The position numbers and the translations under genes were made by a program. 64,000 bases of DNA from Escherichia phage UPWr_E1, in sequence record PP418985.1; one strand, 5' to 3'. Of the stretch, positions 1-8,425 are shown piece by piece; the first letter of the stretch is position 1, and every line of letters starts with the position of its first letter. The notes below the pieces were generated by a model. That model had not been told where the DNA came from and searched no databases. It saw only the letters and a program-made list of their open reading frames with translations.

Positions 1-210
1 ATGATTAATCCAGTAGCCGCAGCACTTGCTTCCGAAGAAACTTTGAAGTATATGGTAGAACATGCAGCAAAGAAAGGAGAAATTGTTACTGCCGATGAGA
101 TCGTAGAAACCATGCTCCGCGATCCGAAGGGTAACACTGCAAAGTTTTTCGGTGATCATCTTAAACTGGCTTACAAAACAATTATGGAGACCGTGAAGAA
201 TGCAAAATGA
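1..210 (+). CDS. hypothetical protein (69 aa; may be 5' truncated at window edge)
   Basis: ORF from track; stop overlaps next start (ATGA); no recognisable motif. Confidence 0.45.
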   Translation: MINPVAAALASEETLKYMVEHAAKKGEIVTADEIVETMLRDPKGNTAKFFGDHLKLAYKTIMETVKNAK

Positions 211-538
211 TGTGATTGAAATTATTATGAATCAATACCGAAACCGGATTTGGTCTGGACGTATCAAAGAAGAAAAGGCAAAACGGATCATCGAAAAATA
301 TGCTGAAAAGACTAAGCAAGCGCCAACGGCTAACAGAGTTATGATTCTTAAATGTCTGGTGCTTTCCGGTGACGATATGCCTATTGATGCAGAGACAGCC
401 ACCGATTTTCATAAGACCTATCGCCAGTGTGATGTAATTTTTACTTCTGGCTTCGGTAGTTATGACTCTATTATGTGGAATTTAATGCACCTTGAACCGA
501 TTATTTGGGACGTGCTTTCAGAGGAGGGCTACAATTGA
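200..538 (+). CDS. hypothetical protein (112 aa)
   Basis: ORF; start overlaps upstream stop. Confidence 0.5.
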   Translation: MQNDVIEIIMNQYRNRIWSGRIKEEKAKRIIEKYAEKTKQAPTANRVMILKCLVLSGDDMPIDAETATDFHKTYRQCDVIFTSGFGSYDSIMWNLMHLEPIIWDVLSEEGYN

Positions 539-885
539 ACATTGATATTCAGCGATTAATCGATCATCTTCATGCGGGAATACCTTATCATGGCGACGTT
601 ACCCGCGATATTCTTGATGTGTTGGAATATACCCAGCAAGTGATCAACGAAAAGCAAGCATTAGAATCACGGATCGACGAGGCAATAGGAAACATTGCAA
701 CCGAAGATGAATTAGATAATCACTTTGGACCTGTTCTTGATGCTCTTATGGCTGCGCGTGATACTAAGCTAAAACAGGATAAACAAGAATTTATCCTTGA
801 TGGTTTAGCTCGTTATCACAATGCAATTGATATTATGAATAACCAGCATGATTATGCTATTAGTGTTTTGCGAGGTCTGGCATGA
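535..885 (+). CDS. hypothetical protein (116 aa, probable TTG start)
   Basis: Track ORF 505-885; only in-frame start with an RBS (GAGGAGGG 521-528) is TTG 535, which overlaps the upstream stop. Confidence 0.4.
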   Translation: MNIDIQRLIDHLHAGIPYHGDVTRDILDVLEYTQQVINEKQALESRIDEAIGNIATEDELDNHFGPVLDALMAARDTKLKQDKQEFILDGLARYHNAIDIMNNQHDYAISVLRGLA

Positions 886-1166
886 AAGACACAAACGAAT
901 TTAACGGTATTCAGGTAAGCCCGAATTTTATTGTTCCATCACTGGTGACTAAGCTGAATGGTCATATGGTCGCTTTGTCTTCCACACCGCCAGAATCAGG
1001 AAAGTTTATCACTATCGTAGTTTATGCGGGGCAAATTTTCTCTCATGATTGCTGCATGAAAAATGGTGAACTGATGGTTGCAAATTATGACTACGGCGAC
1101 CTTGAATGGGAAGTTTTAGGACTGGCTAAAAGTGCTGAAATTCTGGGCTATATTCGATTAATTTAA
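882..1166 (+). CDS. hypothetical protein (94 aa)
   Basis: ORF; ATGA overlap with upstream stop. Confidence 0.5.
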   Translation: MKDTNEFNGIQVSPNFIVPSLVTKLNGHMVALSSTPPESGKFITIVVYAGQIFSHDCCMKNGELMVANYDYGDLEWEVLGLAKSAEILGYIRLI

Positions 1167-1184
1167 AATTTTTCTTAGAAAGTG

Positions 1185-1213
1185 TTGACAGCGATCCGGT
1201 GTTATTGCATAAT
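1185..1213 (+). promoter_or_regulatory. sigma70-type early promoter (TTGACA, 17 nt, CATAAT)
   Basis: -35 1185-1190, -10 1208-1213 with TG at 1206-1207. Confidence 0.6.
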
Positions 1214-1252
1214 ACACCCATCGAAACACGACACTTTCTAGGAGAATCAAAA

Positions 1253-1474
1253 ATGGCAACTGTTAAAATTATCAAATCTTCCGCTGGCTTCGGTTTCATG
1301 CGTGGCGCTAAGTACCCGATGATTATTGAAAACGTTGCCATCGAAGATGGTATGGCTAAAGTAACCAGCCGTCAATTGTTCGAAGCTGGTGTTAAAACTG
1401 CCGAATCATGGGCGCTTCGCTATCCTAACAAAACTTGGTCCTTCTTCCTGAATGGTGAGGCGGAGATCATTTAA
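1253..1474 (+). CDS. hypothetical protein (73 aa)
   Basis: ATG 1253 preceded by AGGAGAATCAA; promoter 1185-1213 upstream; track start 1199 (GTG) lies in the promoter. Confidence 0.6.
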   Translation: MATVKIIKSSAGFGFMRGAKYPMIIENVAIEDGMAKVTSRQLFEAGVKTAESWALRYPNKTWSFFLNGEAEII

Positions 1475-1477
1475 TTG

Positions 1478-1505
1478 TTGACACGGGGAGAGATCCCCGT
1501 ATAAT
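1478..1505 (+). promoter_or_regulatory. early promoter with spacer stem-loop (PeSL-like, type I)
   Basis: TTGACA 1478-1483; hairpin CGGGGA-gaga-TCCCCG 1484-1499; TATAAT 1500-1505. Confidence 0.75.
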
Positions 1506-1535
1506 GATAACCATACCAACTAAGGAGAATCAAAG

Positions 1536-1826
1536 ATGACCACTGAACAATTAATCAAGCATATCAGAAACATCATCTGGGATCTGTCTGGCGATAAAGA
1601 GGAACAAGCTGAACGCATTTTAGCTAAACTCTATAAACGCCGTGACTGTGGAGTATCAGTAAAGAAAGTAGAAACTTTCAAAGAATTGTCTTTCATCGAA
1701 GCTAAAAAGGATGGATTAATTTATCAGTTGACGGATGGTTACTGGTGCTATGATAATACTCGCTATGACACCGCGACTGATGCATTAAAAGCATGTAATG
1801 ACCATCTTCGCAAAACTACCGTTTGA
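1536..1826 (+). CDS. hypothetical protein (96 aa)
   Basis: ATG 1536 after AAGGAGAATCAAAG; stem-loop promoter 1478-1505. Confidence 0.6.
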   Translation: MTTEQLIKHIRNIIWDLSGDKEEQAERILAKLYKRRDCGVSVKKVETFKELSFIEAKKDGLIYQLTDGYWCYDNTRYDTATDALKACNDHLRKTTV

Positions 1827-1836
1827 GGATTATATT

Positions 1837-2034
1837 ATGAAGGTTAAAACATTGGCTGATATGGATGAGATCGAGACTCAAGTACACGCGGCGCTAGTCG
1901 GTTATGAGTTTGGTCGATTCCTTAATAAGTTCCATGATTATAAATGCTTAAATTGTGGTGCTCATAACGTAATTGGTGCTTGCTGTATTAATCCTGTTAT
2001 AGTACCATATAAAAGAAATGAAACAGAAGAGTGA
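1837..2034 (+). CDS. hypothetical small Cys-rich protein (65 aa)
   Basis: ATG 1837 after GAGGATTATATT; contains CLNCG...CC. Confidence 0.5.
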   Translation: MKVKTLADMDEIETQVHAALVGYEFGRFLNKFHDYKCLNCGAHNVIGACCINPVIVPYKRNETEE

Positions 2035-2044
2035 GGAATACAAA

Positions 2045-2479
2045 ATGAAAAAGTTGATGGCTACATTTCATGATATGCGAGATCTACCAGGTTTAGCACA
2101 TATCGATTTTCCTGTTACTATGGAAGTGTCGGAATATGACGGTTATCATGATATTCTGTTCATTAAAAATACTGAGTTTATCCGCTTAGGCGCTAAACCT
2201 GCTGTGCTGTACCCAGAAGGAAACCGGACAGCGGTCAGAAAAACAAATTCTGTTAAATTGGCATTTAGTTCAGATGTTGACTTGGAACCCGCTTTCGGAT
2301 ATACTCCGGTCGAGATCACGAAGTCAAATACATCTTTCGTGAAAGTAGGTGAGAAAACGCATATTTCAACCATGCAAGACGGTACACAATATCTATGGTC
2401 CGATTTCTGCCAGCGTTATGAGCGTTTATCATGGGCTACCCGCTTATGGTGCGTTGAGTATAAGGAGATCACAAAATGA
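2045..2479 (+). CDS. hypothetical protein (144 aa)
   Basis: ATG 2045 after GAGGAATACAAA. Confidence 0.55.
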   Translation: MKKLMATFHDMRDLPGLAHIDFPVTMEVSEYDGYHDILFIKNTEFIRLGAKPAVLYPEGNRTAVRKTNSVKLAFSSDVDLEPAFGYTPVEITKSNTSFVKVGEKTHISTMQDGTQYLWSDFCQRYERLSWATRLWCVEYKEITK

Positions 2480-2724
2480 TCACCGGATACATACCATATT
2501 CAACAACAAAACATATTGTCGGATTCGAAGACATAGAAAAGTCTTGCTTTCCTCTCAAGGTTGAAGTAGACTTTATTACAGAGAACGGATGGGCTTACGT
2601 TACTGTAGCAGAAATGAAGCGAGTAGGTTGGGAAAACTGCATACACCTACCGCATCTTATCCTAGATGTTCGTGCTGGTGAAATTGATATTGATGGAAAG
2701 ATCTATGGAGACAATGTAAAATGA
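2476..2724 (+). CDS. hypothetical protein (82 aa)
   Basis: ORF; ATGA overlap. Confidence 0.5.
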   Translation: MITGYIPYSTTKHIVGFEDIEKSCFPLKVEVDFITENGWAYVTVAEMKRVGWENCIHLPHLILDVRAGEIDIDGKIYGDNVK

Positions 2725-2975
2725 AAATTGAAATTTTCTACCGACGTTATTCATTCTTGGATAAAGTTAACCTTCCAATTATTGTTGAAGGTACACCATA
2801 TTATGAGGGCTTTTTGGTAACGACCGGAGAACTGCGAAAATCTGGAGTCCCCGTTGACCCTGAGTTTCATGATAATTATGAGTGGTGTTTCAGTGGCTTA
2901 TCTGCGAGTAGAGTAAAAGAAGCACGAAAAGCATCATGGTTTGCTCGCTTTAATAACTGGTTGAGGAAACTGTGA
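2721..2975 (+). CDS. hypothetical protein (84 aa)
   Basis: ORF; ATGA overlap. Confidence 0.5.
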   Translation: MKIEIFYRRYSFLDKVNLPIIVEGTPYYEGFLVTTGELRKSGVPVDPEFHDNYEWCFSGLSASRVKEARKASWFARFNNWLRKL

Positions 2976-3313
2976 TGAACGAAATGAAAATGTATATGAT
3001 CCTAAGTGATTCAGGATACACCTTCTTACAGGGTATTGATAGTGACTCGCGTCCTATTGTTTATGGCAAGGAACACCCGACCATCCCTGGGATCATTCTT
3101 GTTACGACAACATCACTTCGTCGAGTGTCGGAAAGTCCATACCTACAAAACGTAAAGCAAGACCGAGAATGGGCTTTCGAGTTAGGTAAAGATCTTGTTG
3201 AGTGGGTAAACTGTGAAGACAAGAACCAACGAAATCATGAAAGGAAGATTGCACGAATTGTACAGAGAAGAAAACTTGATGAAATCAAAAACAGGATTCT
3301 ACAATCAATGTAA
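2975..3313 (+). CDS. hypothetical protein (112 aa)
   Basis: ATG 2975 after GAGGAAA; overlaps upstream stop. Confidence 0.5.
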   Translation: MNEMKMYMILSDSGYTFLQGIDSDSRPIVYGKEHPTIPGIILVTTTSLRRVSESPYLQNVKQDREWAFELGKDLVEWVNCEDKNQRNHERKIARIVQRRKLDEIKNRILQSM

Positions 3314-3542
3314 CAGGGTATTCATTGTCCTGATGGATTCAGAAAACTATCCAGAACTCGCTAAAACGCGTTTCCCTTGCGTTGTTGAAGCATATAAGGT
3401 AAATGCACCGGATAAACAGTTTATCGTGTTAGCGAGCGAAATAGAGAGGTTAGGGGCGATTCCTAAACATGATGAATATATGTTTCGTAAGGTGTGCTCT
3501 GTACATCATTTTGATGTAGTAGTTAATTCACTAAAATCATAA
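3279..3542 (+). CDS. hypothetical protein (start uncertain)
   Basis: Track ORF 3213-3542 overlaps previous gene by 100 nt in another frame; downstream ATG chosen, no clear RBS. Confidence 0.3.
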   Translation: MKSKTGFYNQCNRVFIVLMDSENYPELAKTRFPCVVEAYKVNAPDKQFIVLASEIERLGAIPKHDEYMFRKVCSVHHFDVVVNSLKS

Positions 3543-3550
3543 AAAAGTTG

Positions 3551-3579
3551 TTGACAGGGGATCACGTATCCCCTATACT
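3551..3579 (+). promoter_or_regulatory. early promoter with spacer stem-loop (type I)
   Basis: TTGACA 3551-3556; GGGGAT-cacgt-ATCCCC 3557-3573; TATACT 3574-3579. Confidence 0.75.
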
Positions 3580-3621
3580 ACACACATCAAAACGAAACAC
3601 ACTTTCTTAAGGAGAATCAAA

Positions 3622-3900
3622 ATGAGCAACCTGTCTTTCGCTAAAGTAGAAATCACCAAAACTCGCGGTGGCTTTAAAATCAAAACTTCCAATATCACTT
3701 CCTGCCGTGGTTGCGTCCGGTTTGCGTTCGACTTAGCAGCGAAGCTGGGTATTAAAACCTTCACCGTTGAGAGCGGATCTAACTGGACCACTCTGATTGT
3801 TACTGCCGCTTGGATCAATGGCGAGTATGTAGAAAAAGCATACTTTGACATTTTCTATGACTACGAAGAAAAATGCTTTTATGCACTGCAAGACATGTAA
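3622..3900 (+). CDS. hypothetical protein (92 aa)
   Basis: ATG 3622 after AAGGAGAATCAAA; stem-loop promoter 3551-3579. Confidence 0.6.
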   Translation: MSNLSFAKVEITKTRGGFKIKTSNITSCRGCVRFAFDLAAKLGIKTFTVESGSNWTTLIVTAAWINGEYVEKAYFDIFYDYEEKCFYALQDM

Positions 3901-3910
3901 GGAGGATAAC

Positions 3911-4222
3911 GTGACAACACAAGATATTGTTAATGTTCTTTATATCTGGCCTACTGGTGCAATGATCTCGTATCTAGTATTCTGCTTGTACGCCAGATTC
4001 GACAAGGACACCAAAGAGGTCGATACAGGAGCATTTTGTATTGCTGCAATCGTATGGCCTATAACGTGGACAGTGGTTAATATTGTTATGTGCTATAAAG
4101 GATTGAAATGTTTTGGTTTGATGATTGCTGGTAAACCGGAAGCTAAACCGCGCACACATACCGGATTCAGTCCAAAACCAGTCGATGACGACGGTCGATA
4201 TAAACCGGAAGAAGATTTTTAA
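3911..4222 (+). CDS. hypothetical membrane protein (about 103 aa, GTG start)
   Basis: GTG 3911 follows AAGGAGGA; two hydrophobic segments; track start 3845 overlaps upstream gene. Confidence 0.45.
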   Translation: MTTQDIVNVLYIWPTGAMISYLVFCLYARFDKDTKEVDTGAFCIAAIVWPITWTVVNIVMCYKGLKCFGLMIAGKPEAKPRTHTGFSPKPVDDDGRYKPEEDF

Positions 4223-4229
4223 AAAACTG

Positions 4230-4266
4230 TTGACATGAAAATGCGGTTATCCTATAATAGCCGCAT
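4230..4266 (+). promoter_or_regulatory. early promoter with hairpin enclosing the -10
   Basis: TTGACA 4230-4235; TATAAT 4253-4258; inverted repeat ATGCGG 4241-4246 / CCGCAT 4261-4266. Confidence 0.65.
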
Positions 4267-4292
4267 CAAATGAACGATGTGAGGATTATATT

Positions 4293-4601
4293 ATGTTTAT
4301 CTCTTCTGCTACTCCAGTTAAAGTTTATGGCGAAACTGTGTATCTTCCGGCTGGCTATTGCTATGTTATCGTTGACCGTCACGGTGTAGTATATGCTTTT
4401 AAAGGTCGTCCGGTTGAAATTGATTCTGAATACGGTACATGGGGATATAAGGCCGCATACATGGATATTCCTGATTTTGGGGTACGCTTAGGAAGATTTG
4501 ATAATGATGTTAAACCATGCCTGATTAAGTATGCATCCTATGGTAAAACTGTTAAACCAAATAGCGTCGGTTGGATTGATGACGGCGTTAACGTGAAATA
4601 A
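4293..4601 (+). CDS. hypothetical protein (102 aa)
   Basis: ATG 4293 after GAGGATTATATT; promoter 4230-4266. Confidence 0.6.
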   Translation: MFISSATPVKVYGETVYLPAGYCYVIVDRHGVVYAFKGRPVEIDSEYGTWGYKAAYMDIPDFGVRLGRFDNDVKPCLIKYASYGKTVKPNSVGWIDDGVNVK

Positions 4602-4615
4602 TGTGAGGTGAATTT

Positions 4616-4909
4616 ATGCTGTCTACTCGTAAAATGGTTGTTGGTGTCGCTGAAAATGCTTTAGAAATCGCTGATGAGGCTTTGACCGTCGCTTATGTTC
4701 AACGTGAAGAATTGCTATTGAAACACGCGGACATGTTGGTTGAACTGAAAGAAGCGATCAAGGCTGGTAAAAGAAGCACCGCTATTGCCATTAAACTTTC
4801 TGATAGTGAAGATGAGATCGTGGAGATCCACACTAAGATTAAGGAAGTAGAAAAATACTCTGAAATGCTGCGACATAATCTTGATGAATTGGGGGTAAAT
4901 CATGGCTAA
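4616..4909 (+). CDS. hypothetical helical protein (97 aa)
   Basis: ATG 4616 after GTGAGGTGAATTT. Confidence 0.55.
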   Translation: MLSTRKMVVGVAENALEIADEALTVAYVQREELLLKHADMLVELKEAIKAGKRSTAIAIKLSDSEDEIVEIHTKIKEVEKYSEMLRHNLDELGVNHG

Positions 4910-5123
4910 GTTACGATCTGGACGAGTTTTAACGCTGGCTGAACTGAAAGAAAAAGGTTTAGACCCTGATTCTGTCGGTATTAGACCTATTAATTACATT
5001 CTGTTTCTAGAGGGTAAACTCTTTACTAATGCTCATCCAGCATTAAATGCACCACATTTTTATAAGTGCAATGACTTTAACGGTTATATCGTTCCAGAAT
5101 ATTTCTTAGAATTTGATGATTAA
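4902..5123 (+). CDS. hypothetical protein (73 aa)
   Basis: ORF overlapping upstream stop. Confidence 0.5.
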   Translation: MAKLRSGRVLTLAELKEKGLDPDSVGIRPINYILFLEGKLFTNAHPALNAPHFYKCNDFNGYIVPEYFLEFDD

Positions 5124-5409
5124 TATAAAACATTCACCGACCGGAAAGGGGTCGGTGATCTTCAATGATGATAAACCGTTAATCTTAATTCGAAATGGTG
5201 ACTGGACATTACATGATACCCGTGTTACTATCCATTCACCGCCTAAAGAGATTCAACGGGAATTGGTTAGGATCGCCCTAACCGATAAGCATAAAGAGGC
5301 GGTAGGCTATTCTCTTTTGAAGTTGGGTGTTGACTTTCCTTTCGAGTATACGCTAACATTCAGAGAGCAGTCAGTGAAGCTAACAGAGATTCTATTCTCT
5401 GAGATATGA
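5116..5409 (+). CDS. hypothetical protein (97 aa)
   Basis: ATG 5116; a perfect 9-bp hairpin (5134-5158) lies inside the 5' coding region. Confidence 0.45.
   Translation: MINIKHSPTGKGSVIFNDDKPLILIRNGDWTLHDTRVTIHSPPKEIQRELVRIALTDKHKEAVGYSLLKLGVDFPFEYTLTFREQSVKLTEILFSEI
5134..5158 (+). other. perfect 9-bp stem hairpin inside a coding region
   Basis: TCACCGACC-ggaaagg-GGTCGGTGA; no T-run follows. Confidence 0.5.
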
Positions 5410-5419
5410 GGATTATATA

Positions 5420-5851
5420 ATGGTTTATCCAACTCCTAGTAAGATTTACATCGATGATACCCATTTTATGGTTGATATGATGGGTATCACTTTTAGCGGT
5501 AAGATTAATATTGTAGAATGGGAATTACACGGTCAACCTGTTACTGACTATGACCACTATATCCCTTTTTTGGGTGATGATAATTTTGTTTCGTTTGACC
5601 ATGAAGGTTACATGATCTTTGAACAGTCCGACGTGCCTTTGTATCTTGCAATGATGCAAATTCCTACGAAAGTTTCTGTTGCTGAGGGTGATTGCGATTG
5701 TTGCGGTTGGTATACTGTAACAGATATTAAGTTGCCATCCGGTAAAGAACTTTACAATGAAGACCATTTTGGAAACTGCAATTTTCCGTGTGATTGGGAA
5801 GAATTTTTCGAACTGGTAGAAATTGAAAGAACTTATTTGAGGAAGGGATAA
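5420..5851 (+). CDS. hypothetical Cys-rich protein (143 aa)
   Basis: ATG 5420 after GAGGATTATATA. Confidence 0.55.
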   Translation: MVYPTPSKIYIDDTHFMVDMMGITFSGKINIVEWELHGQPVTDYDHYIPFLGDDNFVSFDHEGYMIFEQSDVPLYLAMMQIPTKVSVAEGDCDCCGWYTVTDIKLPSGKELYNEDHFGNCNFPCDWEEFFELVEIERTYLRKG

Positions 5852-6663
5852 TGAAGAAAGCATTAGGTTTAATTCCCTATACTGGCAATAAGGAAAAGTT
5901 ATTGCCATGTGTTAGTAAGTATTTCCCTAAGCATTATAACCGCTTTGTTGATGCCTTTTGTGGCGGCTTGAGCGTGTCTCTGTACGTCGAAGGTGATGTG
6001 CTGGCTAATGACTATGATCACCGCTTAATTGATGCTTACAAAGCGATTGACGAGTGTCCTGATCCGGTTTCTACGATCAAGCGGATTATTTCCGAAAATG
6101 GTTTGTCTCGTGATGATAAAGATGCTTACATGGCATTCCGTAAGAAGTATAACGAGAATCCAGATCCACTATCGCTGTTTGTGTTGATTCAGCATAGTTT
6201 TAGCAACATTAACCGTCATAACCGGAAGGGAGAATTTAATGCTAATTTTGGTCGCCGGACTTTTAACGAAAACGCGGTAGAGCGTGTCCTGAATTTTAAA
6301 GAAGAAAACAAAGACGGTCGAATCAATTTTACGTCTGGTCGTTATGACGAGATCGAGATCTTGCCCGGTGATTTCGTTTATTTGGACCCGCCGTACCTTA
6401 TCACTTCTGCGGAATATAATAAGTTCTGGAGTGACGAGGAAGAGATTAAATTCTATCAGTGGGTAGAATCTATTATGGCGAGTGGTTTTCAGTTTGGTAT
6501 CAGTAATGTCACACATCATAAGGGAAAGGTAAATGATCATCTTCTTGACTTTATCAAGCGGAATGATTTAAACTGCGTCCTGTTGAATAAGACCTATTGC
6601 CTAGATCGTTCAGGTGGCAAGTCTTCTGATACGCAAGAAGTTTATGTAACTAACGTAGATTGA
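5851..6663 (+). CDS. dam: DNA adenine (N6) methyltransferase, Dam family
   Basis: 270 aa; FCGGLSV (motif I) and DPPY (motif IV); colinear by eye with remembered T4 Dam. Confidence 0.9.
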   Translation: MKKALGLIPYTGNKEKLLPCVSKYFPKHYNRFVDAFCGGLSVSLYVEGDVLANDYDHRLIDAYKAIDECPDPVSTIKRIISENGLSRDDKDAYMAFRKKYNENPDPLSLFVLIQHSFSNINRHNRKGEFNANFGRRTFNENAVERVLNFKEENKDGRINFTSGRYDEIEILPGDFVYLDPPYLITSAEYNKFWSDEEEIKFYQWVESIMASGFQFGISNVTHHKGKVNDHLLDFIKRNDLNCVLLNKTYCLDRSGGKSSDTQEVYVTNVD

Positions 6664-6671
6664 GGTATAAC

Positions 6672-6953
6672 ATGGTAGAAATTTTTGGTTTTGAAGGTTA
6701 CAACTGTAAGTATTGCCAGAATGCAAAGCGCCTTTGTGAATCGCGTAAGATCCCTTACATCTACATTCCGGTTAATGATGGTGTTGACGAAAACGGTCGC
6801 CCTGTAAAGATTGATTCTATCATTGCCGATATTCAGGATCGCGCAGGGGTAGAAGTTATTGCCACCATGCCGCAGATTTTCTATAATGGTGATTATATTG
6901 GTGGCTTTGATGAGTTCCGATCCTTTGTAGTCAAAAACAAGATTAATGGTTAA
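6672..6953 (+). CDS. nrdC: thioredoxin/glutaredoxin-like protein (NrdC-like)
   Basis: CKYC redox motif, MPQIFYNGDYIGGFDE C-terminus; matches remembered T4 NrdC; ATG 6672 after GAGG. Confidence 0.8.
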   Translation: MVEIFGFEGYNCKYCQNAKRLCESRKIPYIYIPVNDGVDENGRPVKIDSIIADIQDRAGVEVIATMPQIFYNGDYIGGFDEFRSFVVKNKING

Positions 6954-6977
6954 ATACCTTCTTTGGAGGGTGAATTT

Positions 6978-7451
6978 ATGTTACTGACTGCTAAGAGTGC
7001 TAAAGAGTACAAACAAGAACTATTCGAAAAACAGGGGGGCATTTGCCCCCTTTGTCAATTGCCACTTTTTGAGGATATGAGCAAAAACCATCTTGACCAC
7101 GACCACGATCTAGATGGGAAAGGGCAAGGCCGCGTAAGGGGATTGCTTCATTCGTGTTGCAACCGCCTAGAAGGATCGTTGACCGGAGACTTTAAACGGT
7201 TTGGTGTTGGTGCTTTAGGTGCTGATTTCGTTGTTTGGGCTACAAACTATGTTAATTACATCAAAGGGGACTACACCAACAATCATTTACATCCTCAATA
7301 TGCTGTTGATAAAGTAAAACGATTTTCACGCTTGACACGCGCGGAGATGGTTGCTATTATGGACGCAGAAGGTTTCGATTACTGCGACGCTGATACAAGA
7401 GAAGAGATCACGAAGAAGTATAAGAAACAATTCATACAAAGATTAAGATAG
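6978..7451 (+). CDS. 49: endonuclease VII (Holliday junction resolvase, gp49)
   Basis: MLLT... N-terminus, CxxC zinc site, HLDHDH and GLLHSCCN motifs as in remembered T4 gp49; ATG 6978 after GGAGGGTGAATTT. Confidence 0.85.
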   Translation: MLLTAKSAKEYKQELFEKQGGICPLCQLPLFEDMSKNHLDHDHDLDGKGQGRVRGLLHSCCNRLEGSLTGDFKRFGVGALGADFVVWATNYVNYIKGDYTNNHLHPQYAVDKVKRFSRLTRAEMVAIMDAEGFDYCDADTREEITKKYKKQFIQRLR

Positions 7452-7454
7452 TAG

Positions 7455-7489
7455 TTGACAATAAGAAATGGGAGTAGTAAAATACTCCC
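7455..7489 (+). promoter_or_regulatory. early promoter with -10 inside hairpin loop (type II)
   Basis: TTGACA 7455-7460; GGGAGTA 7470-7476 / TACTCCC 7483-7489; TAAAAT 7478-7483. Confidence 0.7.
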
Positions 7490-7514
7490 ATCTAATCAAG
7501 AAGGAGAATCAACA

Positions 7515-7787
7515 ATGCGTAAGATGTTTAAAGCTGGTGTTGCCTATGTTTTTAAATCTGAGCAAGCACGTAAAGACTTCTTAGAGGATGACTACGAAGG
7601 ATTGAAAGATACCTACGAAGCAATCAAGAATGGATTTACTGTTCTTAAAGTGTCACCCATTGGTTATGTAAGTGAAATCTCGGTTGACGGGAAAACATAT
7701 ACCGCTAAAGACTTTGATCCGCGTTGGGAATTTATGCTGCTTCCGTGTGACCGCATTCTGTTTCGTGCTGTTCAATTAGTGAAATGA
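7515..7787 (+). CDS. repeat-domain family protein (1 module, 91 aa)
   Basis: ATG 7515 after AAGGAGAATCAAC; stem-loop promoter 7455-7489; GFxVLKV...DG.TY module. Confidence 0.6.
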   Translation: MRKMFKAGVAYVFKSEQARKDFLEDDYEGLKDTYEAIKNGFTVLKVSPIGYVSEISVDGKTYTAKDFDPRWEFMLLPCDRILFRAVQLVK

Positions 7788-7801
7788 TAGAGGATTATAT
7801 T

Positions 7802-8362
7802 ATGGTACAGAAAACGTATAAATTGTATCCGGCTAAGTCTTCAAATGATACTGTTTTTGAACGAGGTCGTTATTACACTTTCCGTAATGCTGAGTCCGCA
7901 GAGGAATTTGTTAAACGCTATCCACAACATAACAAGTTCCTGTATGGTGTGCTTCACAAGGGCTTTAAAGTTCTGACGGTTAATGTTATGGGTAAAGTGT
8001 ATTTGGTAGAAACTCATGATTATGAGGGCGCGTCAATCATGATTGATGCAAGCGAGCGCAAATACTTTAAACGCATCACTAAAAAGCAGTTTGAAGAAAT
8101 GAAACCAGTTAAGAAAGAAGACTCTCTGGAAGATCTGATTAACTTGTTTGGTAAAGTTCGCTCTATCTCCTTTGCGATTGAAGATGACATTACCGACAAT
8201 AAAATCTTTATCAAGAACGCGGAAGACCTGAAAGAGTTCCTTATTGAAAATAGATCTCGGCTGGAAACCTTTCTTGAAAGTGAAATTATTCGACATGATA
8301 CCTACGCTAAATTCAGCGCCGAGAAAGTGGAAGAACTGAAAGAGATTAAAAAGTCACTTTAA
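7802..8362 (+). CDS. repeat-domain family protein (module + C-terminal helical LKEFL region)
   Basis: ATG 7802 after AGAGGATTATATT (alternative in-frame ATG 7784); GFKVL...ERKYFKRI motif. Confidence 0.55.
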   Translation: MVQKTYKLYPAKSSNDTVFERGRYYTFRNAESAEEFVKRYPQHNKFLYGVLHKGFKVLTVNVMGKVYLVETHDYEGASIMIDASERKYFKRITKKQFEEMKPVKKEDSLEDLINLFGKVRSISFAIEDDITDNKIFIKNAEDLKEFLIENRSRLETFLESEIIRHDTYAKFSAEKVEELKEIKKSL

Positions 8363-8365
8363 CGC

Positions 8366-8400
8366 TTGACATGATGAAACGGGAGTAGTAAGATACTCCC
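8366..8400 (+). promoter_or_regulatory. early promoter with -10 inside hairpin loop (type II)
   Basis: TTGACA 8366-8371; GGGAGTA 8381-8387 / TACTCCC 8394-8400; TAAGAT 8389-8394. Confidence 0.7.
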
Positions 8401-8425
8401 ATCTAAACAACGAGAGGATTACATT

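Noticed and set aside
6169-6540. Minus-strand ORF of 123 aa
   Set aside because: Lies entirely antisense within the well-supported dam gene; no RBS; typical shadow ORF.
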